From contig CAZCVI010000002.1 of the NCBI GenBank assembly GCA_964502145.1, positions 117,383 to 181,382 of the forward strand: a stretch of DNA of 64,000 bases, given 5' to 3'. The notes under the pieces were generated by a model. That model worked only from the letters and a program-made list of their open reading frames with translations. It made no database searches and was not told where the DNA came from. This document shows, piece by piece, positions 37,701 through 50,000 of the stretch; the stretch's first letter is position 1, and each line of letters starts with the position of its first letter. Position numbers and translations under genes: made by a program. This DNA is from an uncultured Clostridia bacterium (lineage in GTDB: Bacteria > Acidobacteriota > Aminicenantia > UBA2199).

Positions 37701-38070
37701 AGTGTTTACATATTTGGATGGCTATTGTAGATGCGACATCTTGTCGCATTGATAAAGGCATAAAGCAAAATAGATACGGTCCACTTAGTCCATATCGTCC
37801 ACATCGTCCACAACGATTTCAACAATGTGGCGGTGGATTTAGGAAAATAGTGAGGTGTTTGAAAAAATATTACTATGTGGTATAATGCGTGTTGAATCAG
37901 ATTGCTATGATTCTGATATGAATCAGATTGAATTTCAAACACACACACATGTTGATAAGAAAAATGCGTGTCCCATAAGAGGCGGAAGCCTACCTAAATA
38001 TAGTGCCACTGTTTCCAGCACTATTTCAAAACCAATTTCCCAATAATTAAAGGTCTCTCCGGGTGATAAA

Positions 38071-41000
38071 ATGAGTCAATTAGAAAGAAAGAAAATTGCG
38101 GATATTCTGATGTTAACGCATTTGCAAGAAGGGATTCTATTTCACTATCTGCAAGAACCCAAAAGCGCGCAGTATTTTGAACAATTAAGCCTGGAAATCT
38201 CGGGGGAGATCAATCTGGAACTATTCAAAACCGCATGGCATACGGTCATCCAAACCAATGAGATGCTGCGCACTGTATTCCGCTGGGAAAAAATGGAGAA
38301 ACCAACCCAGATTATCTTAAAAGAACATACCTGCGACATCACTTTTTACGACCTGACAGATGAAGCGACAAACAGGCAAAAATCCCGGCTGCAAGAGATT
38401 AAAGACAAGGATAAACAAACACCCTTTGACTTGCAAGAAGTGCCCATGCGAATTATGTTGTGCAAGCTAGGGACACACGATTATGAAATGATCATCAGCA
38501 ACCACCATATCATCTATGATGGCTGGAGCAACGGGATCATTCTGAAGGAATTCTTCAGGGCATACTATGGGCTAAGCGCGGGAAAACCTGCGCTCCTCCC
38601 GGACAAACCCTCTTTCAAAGAATTTATCAAATGGCTTCAAAACGAGGATAAATACGAAAAGGATAAACAAAAAGCGTTTTGGCGCGATTATCTAGCAGGT
38701 TTAGACGGTCAGACGGAATTACCGCTAAAAAACATAAAAAATAGAAAAAACACTGGCTCCAAGCAGGTAGAACACTATTCACTGGTTCTTGAACCGGAGT
38801 TAAAAGAGAGGTTGGAGGCGTTTGCCAAAACCAAGCGGTTCACTTTGGCCGGGGTGTTCTACACTGTCTGGGGGTTATTGCTACACCAGTATTGCAACAG
38901 CCAGGATGTTCTGTTTGGCACAACTGTAGCCGGTCGTTCCGCACGGATAAAAGGCATAGAAGAGATGGTGGGGCTGTTTATCAATACGATTCCATTACGA
39001 ATCCAAACGACTCCTGGTGAAAAAATGGTGGCGGTGGTCAGCGGCGTGGATCACGCGTTACAGGCCCGTGAACTTTTTGAGAATACACCGTTGTTGGATA
39101 TCAGAAATTACAGTGGCTTGTCTGGTTATGTATCGCTGTTTGATACGTTGGTAGTGATTGAGAATTATCCATTGGATAGTCGTTTACTGCCCGAAGAAAG
39201 CGGGTTGTCAGTTCATGCTTTTACTATTGCTGAAATGACCCATTATGATTTAACCGTGGGCATTGTGCTTTTTAATGAGATAGCCGTCACGTTTTCCTAT
39301 AACCCGGAATTATTCGCCCAGGAAATGATTGCCCATTTGGCCGGGCATTTTTTGTCTCTGGTACAGATGATTATAGAAAACGGCGAACAGGACATTTGCG
39401 CCATAGAAATAATCTCCCCTGAAGAAAAGCACCGCGTATTATATGAATTTAATAATACCGCCGCAGAATACCCATCAAACAAAACGATTCCCCAATTATT
39501 CATGGAACAATCCGCCCGGACCCCAGACTACATCGCCCTTATCTGGGAAAAAAGCGGGGCGTGCCATATATCCTATGCCGAATTAAATGAACTATCCAAC
39601 CGTCTGGCCTATTGGTTGCAAACAGAAGGCATTAGGCCCGATACTATCGTGGCTATAATGGTAAATCGTTCCATTGAAATGATTGTGGGCCTCATGGGTA
39701 TTTTAAAAGCCGGTGCCGCCTATTTACCGATTAACCCGGAATACCCGGCTGAACGAATTCAATTTATGCTGCAAGACAGCACCGCAAAAATCGTGCTCAC
39801 CGAACCAATCATCCAAGCAACCACTTCCCATATTCCCATTCCTCCCATAATTCCCATAATTCCCATTCCTCCCATAACTCCCAGTAATTTAGCCTATGTA
39901 ATATACACTTCCGGCACCACCGGCAAACCCAAAGGCGTTTTAGTAGAACATCAAAATGCCGTTAATGTGGTGTGCTGGTTAGGGCGAAAATATCAATTAA
40001 ACCCCGATACCCATATTATCTTGATGTCCGATTATACCTTTGATGCCAGTATTGATCAAATCTTCGGTGCCTTGTTGCATGGTGCCTCTCTTTATATCGC
40101 CAGTAAAGAGTTCATGTTGGATATGGATGCTTTACGCCATTACATCAATAAAAATCGGATCAATTTTATTAATTTTGTGCCGCTAGTGCTCAATGAATTG
40201 CTGGGCTATCGGGAGAAATTGCCCAGCTTAAACACCGTGATTTCCGGTGCAGAGCGGTTGGACGATACTATCAAAGATAATATCCTGAAGCGCGGCTATC
40301 ATTTATATAATCATTATGGTCCCACAGAAACCACGGTGGAGACACTGGTCTTCACTTGTACAGACGCTCCAGTTTACCTGGGGAAACCCATAGCCAATAC
40401 AAAAATTTATATACTTGATCAATGGGAACATATCGTTCCAATCGGCGTACCTGGAGAATTGTATATTGCCGGGGCCGGATTGGCCAGGGGGTATTTGAAC
40501 CGGTCCGATTTAACGGCGGAGAAATTCGTGGCCACACCCCATGGTGTAGAGAATGACCCTGTATCTCGAACCTATCGAACCGGGGACCTGGGGTGTTGGC
40601 TGCCCGATGGAAATATTGCGTTTCTGGGACGCATTGATCAGCAGGTTAAGATCCGGGGGTTCCGTGTTGAACTGGGAGAAATCGAAGCACAATTGCGCAC
40701 TTTCCCGGAAATAAAGCAGGTCGTGGTGAGCGCAAAAGAAGATAACCGTGGTGATAAAACGCTTTGTGCCTATATTGTATCCCGGCAGCTTTCTACAGGC
40801 CCCACTGCCCCCCTTGACCCAGCCGTGCTAACCACCTATTTAGCCGGTATCTTACCCGATTACATGATTCCCGCCTATTATGTCCAGTTGGCAGAAATTC
40901 CCCTGTTGCCCAATGGCAAAGTGGACCGCAAGAACTTGCCTGAGCCTGTTTTTATTGCCACCCAAGCATACCAGGAACCACGGCATGAACTGGATCGCAG

Positions 41001-44000
41001 ATTGCAAACGATATGGACGAGCGTTTTATTTGGAAACGTGCTTTCAGAAGATTCATCCGCACCACCACCTAAACCCATCGGGATTGATGATAATTTCTTT
41101 CATATGGGCGGACACTCCCTGAAGATCATGAATATGGCAGCTAAAATTCACAAGGAGTTGAACCTGGAAATACCAGTGCAAGAACTATTCACCCATCCCA
41201 CTATCCGGGTTTTGGCCAATTATATAAACACGCGGGAACACACTAAAAATATCACTAAAAATAACTTTGCAGAGATCGCCGCTATTGAAGTAAAAGAATA
41301 CTATCCACTCTCTTCGGCCCAGAAAAGAGTTTATATTTTATACCTCATGGAAACCGATAGCATCAATTACAACATGCACGAGGTATTCCGCCTGGAAGGG
41401 GAACTGGACGTGGGCCGCTTGGAAAAAAGCTTTACCCAATTGATTCGCAGACACGAAAGCTTAAGAACTTCCTTTTTCTTACTCCATGATGAACCGGTCC
41501 AGAAGATTGTGGCCGCCAGTGATGTACCATTCGCCAGCGAATTTTTTGATCCAAACGAAAAAGACACCCTGGTCGAACCTGCCCTAAACGACACCGCGTT
41601 AATGGAAAATACCACTGTTTATGACATCAACCAGCGTTTTTTAAGACCCTTTGATTTGACTCAAGCGCCCCTGTTCCGCGTCGGGCTTATTAAAATCGCC
41701 AAGAACAGCCATATCTTGATGGCAGGAATGCACCATATTATTTCCGATGGCATATCAATTGACCTATTTATCACTGATTTTGTCGCCCTCTACCGTGGCC
41801 AGAACTTACCCCCCTTGCCCATTCAATACAAAGAGTATGCCCACTGGCAGCACCAGAAAAAAGCGCAGGGCGCCTTTAATAGCCAACGCTCCTACTGGTT
41901 GCATGAATTTGCCGGTGAGCTTCCCGTATTAACCATGCCCTATGATTTCCCCAGGCCAGCCGTGCAGAGTTTTGCCGGCGACAAATATTATTTTAACCTC
42001 CCCGCATACGAAACCAAAACGTTAATAAAACGGTGCCAGGAAGAAGCGGTGACTCTTTTTATGATGCTCAGCGCTATCTATTATGTGATGCTGTGGAAAC
42101 TGAGCGGTGCCGAAGAGATCGTGGTGGGAAGCCCCACGGCTGGACGCAGACACGCTGATCTGGAATCCATTTTAGGAATGTTTGTCAACACCCTGGCAGT
42201 AAAAACCAGCCCTGCCAAGGAAACACGCTTCAAACCCTTTTTGGCACAAGTCAAACAAAAGAACCTGGCAGCTTTTGAAAACCAGGAGTACCAATTTGAT
42301 GATCTGGTGGAGGAACTATTACCCGCACGGGATTTAGGTCGCAACCCGTTATTCGACATGATGTTCATCTTGCAAAATATGACCGGCACAACTAACACGG
42401 CGATAAATATTCCGGGCTTAAAAATAACCCGCCTTCCTTTTGAAACGCATATCGCGCCTTTTGATTTTTACCTCATGGCTGAAGAACGACAGGAGTCTAT
42501 CTATTTTACCGTGGGTTATTGCACCAAATTGTTTACGCTGGAAACCGTGCGTCGGTTCATGGGGTATTACCGAGAAATTCTGGCCACAGTGGTCACCCAA
42601 CCCGAGGTGGAACTGGCACGTATAGACATATTATCCCCGGCAGAGAAACGCCAATTAGTGCAGGAATTTAATAATACCCAACGACCGTACCCACAGGGTC
42701 AAACCATTCCGCAATGGTTTGCAGAGCAGGCCGCACGAACCCCAGAAGCCATTGCCGTGGTAGGGGAGGGGGTCATCACCTATCGGGAATTAAATCAACG
42801 GGCCAATCAATTGGCCCACCTGTTGCGACAAAAAGGAGTGGCCCCAGATACCATTGTTGCCCTCTTTATGTTTCGTTCTATCCAGATGGTTGTTGGTATC
42901 CTCGGCATATTAAAAGCGGGCGGCGCTTATTTGCCGATCAACCCCGTGTATCCTGGGCAACGTGTGTTGTCTATCCTGGAAGATAGCGGTGGCAATTATT
43001 TTATAAGCGATGAAAAAACATCCCGCCCTCTTTCTTTTACCGGTTTACAGCGTTTGGATGTGCCCGAAGTGACGCCCCTGGTTACAGCCAAACGACCCCA
43101 GATCACAAATTTTGATAGCTTGCCCCATCCCGATCGTACATTGATTGATTACAGCAAATATCATCGTTATATTGGTATTGCACCCGCCAAATACACCGTC
43201 AGTATCCAGGCCACTCGCGGCTGCCCGTATCAATGTGCCTACTGCCATAAAATATGGCCCAAAACACATGTCATGCGGCGGGCTGAAGATATATTCGCCG
43301 AGATTAGCGCCTGCTATCAGGCGGGGGTGAAACGATTTGTATTTATCGACGATGTCTTCAACCTCAATAAAAAGAACAGCGGCCAATTATTTCAAACCCT
43401 GATCGACCACCACTATGATGTGCAGCTCTTTTTTCCCAACGGGTTACGCGGCGATATCCTGACCCCCGATTTTATTGACCTCATGATTGAAGCAGGCACT
43501 GTTAATATTGATCTGGCCCTGGAAACGGCCTCGCCCCGCTTGCAGAAACTGATCAATAAACAATTGAACCTGGAAAAATTCGCGGCCAACGTCCATTATA
43601 TCACCCAGAAACATCCCCATGTCGTGTTGGAGATGGAGATGATGATTGGCTTTCCCACGGAAACGGAAGCGGAAGCTTTACAAACCCTGGAATTATTGCA
43701 GAGTTTTAAATGGGTCCATTTCCCCAACCTGAATATCCTCAAAATTTATCCCAATACTGACATGGCCCAACTGGCAATTGAAAACGGGGTCAGTCGTAAA
43801 TTGATTCATTCCTCCACCACCCTTGCATTCCATGAGTTGCCAGAAACACTCCCTTTTTCAAAAGATTTTGTCCGGGAGTATCAGGCACGCTTTACCAACC
43901 AGTATTTTCTTTCCCAGGAACGGTTGCGCCATGTATTAAAACAGCAGGTCAAGAGCTTCACCGCCGATGAGCTCGTGCAAAAGTACGACAGTTATTTACC

Positions 44001-47000
44001 CGTGGAGATCAAGTCTTTTGCCGATATTCTCAAGTGTGCTGACATCTCCAGCGCTGCATTGGGGCCCATTGAATTTATTCCCGAAGCCCGCTTTGCCGCT
44101 CCCGATTTTAACCAGCGGATCAAGGCTTTTTTCCCCTCCCGCCCCAGCTCGGAAAATGCTTTTCGTCTCTTGTTTCTTGACCTGTCGCAATCCTTTCGCG
44201 CCGATATGGGCCATACCCTTTACGATGTCGGAGCCGAACCCTTGGGGTTGATGTATCTCGCCTCCTATCTCCAAGAACAACTCGGCCCACACGTTCGGGT
44301 CAAAGTGTTGAAGTCGCGCATTGATTTTGATAGTTATGCCCAATTGCAAGAACAGATCACGTTGTTCCAGCCCCATTTAATTGGTCTGCGCACCCTATCC
44401 TTGTACAAGGATTTTTTTCATCGCACTGTTTCCCTGTTGCGGCAATGGGGCATTACCGCGCCTATTATTGCTGGTGGACCCTATGCCACCAGCGATTACA
44501 AACAAATGCTCCAGGACCCACACATCCATCTCGCCGTGCTGGGAGAAGGAGAAGCCACTACCCTCCATCTGGTTAAAGAGATGATGACCAAAAACAATAC
44601 CTGGCCCGCCGACGACGTATTGGAAACCATTCCCGGTCTCGCCTTTATTCGCCAATCAGAGCGAATGTTAACCACCGCCCCCCAGCGGCAGGTGCTCTTG
44701 TTGGACCAGATTTCTGGTCCATTGGCCCACTTTCCCACCACCAATCCCCAGAACGTCAATCACCCCGGTGATTTGCTATATTTGATCTCCACTTCCGGGT
44801 CTACCGGGAAACCCAAGAGCGTGATGGTCGAGCATCGCACCCTGGTTAATTTGCTGCATTTTCAATTCCATCATACAGCCATCCATTTTTCCCGTGTCTT
44901 GCAATTTGCCGCCATCGGGTTTGATGTCTCCGTGCAAGAGATTTTTTCTGCCTTACTCGCCGGTGGCACTTTATATCTTCCTGACGAAGATATGAAAAGC
45001 GATGTGCCCCGGTTGTTCCAGTTTATCCAGCAGAACCAGATCGAAATTCTGTTTCTGCCTCCTGCATTTTTGAATTTTGTTTTTTCTGACCCCGACTATA
45101 TCCCATTATTTCCCGACTGTGTGCGCCATATTATAGCTGCTGGCGAACAATTGATCGTGAACGAGGCGTTACGATTGTTCCTGAAGCAGCGGCACGTGTA
45201 TCTCCATAATCATTATGGCCCCTCTGAGACCCATGTTGTCACCACCTTGACCATGGATCCCACCCAGGAAATCCCCCATTTCCCCGGTATTGGCAGCCCC
45301 GTATCCAACACCGGCATTTATATCTTGGATAGCCAAAGCAATCTTTTGCCCCTGGGTGTTAGCGGCGAATTAAACATTGGCGGTATCCAGGTCGGGCGTG
45401 GTTATTTGGGTAATGTGGCGTTGACTGCCGAGAAGTTTGTGCCGAATCCCTTTGTCCCCGGTGATCGCTTGTATCGCACCGGTGATATGGCCCGATGGTG
45501 GTCAAATGGGAGTATTCAGTTCTTGGGACGCTTGGATTTCCAGATCAAAATCAGGGGTTTTCGTATTGAACCCGGTGAAATCGAGGGACAATTAAAAAAA
45601 CACCCGGATATTAAAGAAACAATTGTCCTGGCTCTGGCAGATAATAAGGGCGAGCTCTATCTGGTGGCTTATGTAGTGTTACAGCCGCAGACTACCATGC
45701 CCCTCTTACGGGAATTTTTATTGAACCGATTGCCGGATTATATGGTTCCCGCCCATTTTATCCCTCTGGCACGAATTCCCTTGAACGCCAGCGGGAAAGT
45801 CGACCGTCATGCGTTACCACCACCGGAAAATACACCGGGAAACGGGCATGTAGCACCACGGGACCCCATGGAAAAAAAATTGGCCGCTATCTGGTGTACC
45901 GTGTTGGGGAAAGATGTTGCCCAAGATACAGTCAGTATTGATGATAATTTTTTTCAAATGGGTGGGCACTCCTTAAAAGCCACCGCCCTCACCTCCAGGC
46001 TAGCCAAAGAGTTTCATGTTAAAGTGCCCCTCGTGGAGATTTTTAAAGAGCCCACCATCCGGGGCCTTTCCGGTTATATTGCCCATTCTATGGTGGAGCA
46101 ATACGCTGGCATAACTCCTGTAGAAGAGCAGGAATACTACCCCTTATCGTCAGCGCAGAAACGATTGCACTTTTTACAACAAATGGATAAAGCGGGAACC
46201 ACCTATCATCTGACTAGTAACTGGCTGTTGGAAGGTGTTGTCGCTAAAAACCACCTGGAACAATCGCTGCTAAAACTGCTACAACGCCATGAGAGTTTAC
46301 GCACTTCCTTTGATATCATAGCCGAAGAACCCGTGCAAATCATCCACCCGAAATTAGCATTTGTTATTGAAGATGAACATGCTACCATGGATTCTTTCCT
46401 GCGTCCATTTGCATTATCACATGCCCCGTTGCTGCGCGTCGGATTGGTAAAAATAGCAGCCGAAAAGTTTCTCTTACTCGTGGATATGCATCATATTATT
46501 TCCGATGGGTTGTCCATGGATATTCTGAGCCGTGAATTCACCGCTCTTTTGGCAGGCGTAGAACTCCCCCCATTACGTCTCCAATACAAGGATTATGCCG
46601 CGTGGCAGAGTTCTGAAAAAGAGAGCCCCCACTTCCGTCAACAAGAATTATTTTGGCAGCAAGAGTTTAGCGGCGCCATACCCGTGCTCGATTTGCCCGT
46701 TGATTATAGCAGACCACCCGTTCAAAGTTTCGCCGGGGCATCACTTCCTTTTGCCCTATCTCGTGATAGCGTTGTTTCCTTGCAAGCCATAGCAGTAGAA
46801 GCCAGTGCCACAATGTACATGGTGCTGCTCACATGTTATACTATCTTTTTAGCTAAAATGAGCAACCAGGAAGATATTGTCATTGGCACACCCATTGCCG
46901 GTCGCAGGCATGCAGACCTGGAGAAAATTATCGGGATGTTTGTCAACACATTGGTGTTGCGGAACTATCCGGTAGCGGAGAAAAAATTCAGCGATTTCCT

Positions 47001-50000
47001 GGCTGAGGTCAAAGAGAGAACATTAAAAGCATTTGAAAACCAGGAGTACCCGTATGAAGATTTGGTAGACAAAGTCACGATCACCCGTGACGTCTGTCGC
47101 AATCCCTTATTTGATACCATGTTTGTATTGCAAAATGCCACCCCACCACCCGTGGACATTCCCGGCTTAAAAATAGCGCCCGTGCCGCAGGAAAACAAAA
47201 CCGCCAAATTTGATCTGACTCTAACAGCAGTGGAAACCCCGGAAAAAATAGAATTGAACTTCGAGTACTGTACTAAATTATTTAAAAAGGAATCCATCCA
47301 CCGGTTTATCACCTATTTTACCAATATCATCGACTCCGTTCTGGCAGACCCCTTCATTGTCTTGGGTCAGATTCCCCTGCTCTCCCCAGCACAACGAGAG
47401 CAACTGCTGGTGGAGATCAACGCACCCGCCATCCGCTATCCTAATTTCAAGACCATTCAGGGTTTATTCGCCGAGCAGGTCAAAAAAACGCCGGATCGGC
47501 CAGCACTAACCGGTATCAGGTATGATCAAGCAGAAACTCACCTGACTTACCGGCAATTGGACCAGCTTTCCCGACAGTTGGCCCACCAGTTAACGGGTAG
47601 GGGATTGGGTCCTAACAAGCGAGCAGCCATAATGGTAGGCCGAAACGTGGAAATGATTATTGCCATTCTTGGAATTATTCAGGCCGGGGCCGCGTATGTT
47701 CCCTTGGACCCCCAGGCCCCTGTCGAACGATTGCACTATGTATTGGCTGATTGTGGCGCAGAATTATTATTAACCTTCCGCCCATTGGCTGCACGATTGG
47801 CTCCCGCCATAGATACACTTTACCTGGAAGAGTTTACCACCCTCCCTGCCACCCCTCCCGATGCCGTTCTCTCCGGTCATCCTGATGATCTCGCCTATAT
47901 TATATATACATCCGGCTCAACCGGTAGGCCCAAAGGTGTTCCTATTTGCCACCGCAATGTATCGCCCTTATTGTTTTGGGGGTATCGGTACTTAGGGATT
48001 TGTCGTCTAGATCGTGTTATCCAGAGTCCCTCCTATTATTTCGACTGGTCTGTCTGGGAGATATTTATTACCCTTACCAGCGGGGCCCATTTGGTAATGA
48101 TTAGCGAGGAGCTTGTACTTGATCCCCCGGCGTTGGTGGAATTTATCCGGCAGCACGCCATTACCACCCTGCACATCACCCCCACCCAGTTAAGTTATCT
48201 CGTGAATAGCAGACGCCCTATGCTCTCGTTGCACCATCTCTGTATTGGCGCCGAGAAATTAACCTATGATCTTGTAGCCCGTGCTCTTCCCCTGCTTGCA
48301 ACCGATTGCCGGATTTACAATATGTACGGTCCCACCGAAGCCACCATCATTTCCGCTGTGGCCGAGATTGACCGTGAGCAAATTCCGTTCTATCTCAAAC
48401 TGCCCAGTATCCCTATTGGTCACACCATCGCCAATACCACCCTGTTCGTATTGGATCATTCTATGAACCCCTGTCCCATCCATGTTGTTGGTGAACTGTA
48501 CATTGCCGGGGATGCCTTGGCCCGTGGTTATCTCAATGATCCAGAAAAGACCGTAGCCAGTTTCGTCACCAATCCCTTTGCCGAGATTTGCGGTCCCTAC
48601 CTCTACAAAACCGGTGATCGCGTTCGTCGCCTGGAGGATGGCAGCATTCTCTTTTTAGGTCGCGCCGATGATCAGGTAAAAATACGCGGCTATCGCATCG
48701 AGTTGGGGGAAATTGAGAACTGGCTGCTACACTATCCACACGTCAAAGATGCTCTCGTGCTGGTCAAAGCGGATCATCTACAGGAGAAATATTTATGTGC
48801 CTATGTGGCGTGTCCCATTGAATTGGATACCGCCGAATTAAGGGATTTCCTCGCCGCCAGACTTCCCGCCTATATGATCCCCGCCCATTTTATCACGCTT
48901 GAACATATGCCCCTCAACCCCAATGGCAAAGTCGATAAAAAACGCCTGCCCCTCCCTGAAATGCAAACAAGCCCACAAGTCGTCGCCCCCAAAAACGATC
49001 TGGAAAAAACCATCCTCTCTATCTGGCAAGACGTACTTGGACTCGACCACGTAGGCACCACGGATAATTATTTTGAACGGGGTGGCAATTCCATGAATAT
49101 CGTTAAAGTCAGTCACCGTTTAAAAAGTGTATTGAACCGCGATATCCCCGTGATGGACCTGTTCCGTTACCCCACCATCAAAACCCTGGCCGCTTACCTC
49201 AACCAGAGCCCCGGCCATGTCCCTTTCACCCCGTCGGAGATAGGGGAGTCCCTCCTACTTAATCAACCCGAAATACCCCGACATGAGAGTGTTTCTACCA
49301 CTCCCGCGATTGCCGTGATTGGTATGGCCGGAAGGTTGCCCGGTGCGAACACTATTTCCGCATTCTGGAACAATCTCAAGCATGGTGTCGAATCCATTGC
49401 TTTTTTCTCCCCCGCAGAATTCGCAGACAACGGGGGTGATCCCCGGTCCGTGAACCTGCCCAATTATGTTAAAACCCGCTGTGACTTGCAAGATATCCAG
49501 TATTTTGACAGTTCATTTTTTGGGTACACCCCCGTGGAAGCCGAAATAATAGACCCCCAGATGCGCCTATTTCATGAATGTGTCTGGGAAGCTTTTGAAG
49601 ATGCCGGTTATGAGTCCGGTTCTTATGCCGGTCGTATCGGGCTTTATTCCGGTGGGGAATCCAGTTCTTTCTGGGAAACATTAACCTCTTTATCCCAGAT
49701 TGGTCAGTTGATGAATCCCTTGATTCTGGGCAATTTAAATAATAAAGATTACCTCAGTTCCCGTATTGCCTATAAATTTAATTTACGCGGGCCATCCGTC
49801 ACCATGAACACCGCTTGTTCCACCTCACTTGTCGCCATTCATTTTGCTGTTCAGGGTTTGCTCAACCGCGAGTGTGAGATCGCCCTGGCCGGTGGCGTGC
49901 GGGTCATGCTGCCCGGAAAAACCGGCTATCTCTATCAAGAGGGTATGATTCAATCCCCAGATGGTCATTGCCGTGCCTTTGATGCCAGGGCCAATGGCAC

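Noticed and set aside
43045-47312. Antisense ORFs inside the NRPS gene, for example 43045-43386, 43996-44376, 44395-44759 and 46965-47312 on the minus strand
   Set aside because: They lie wholly within a continuous, motif-rich coding frame. These are antisense frames with no RBS or independent support.
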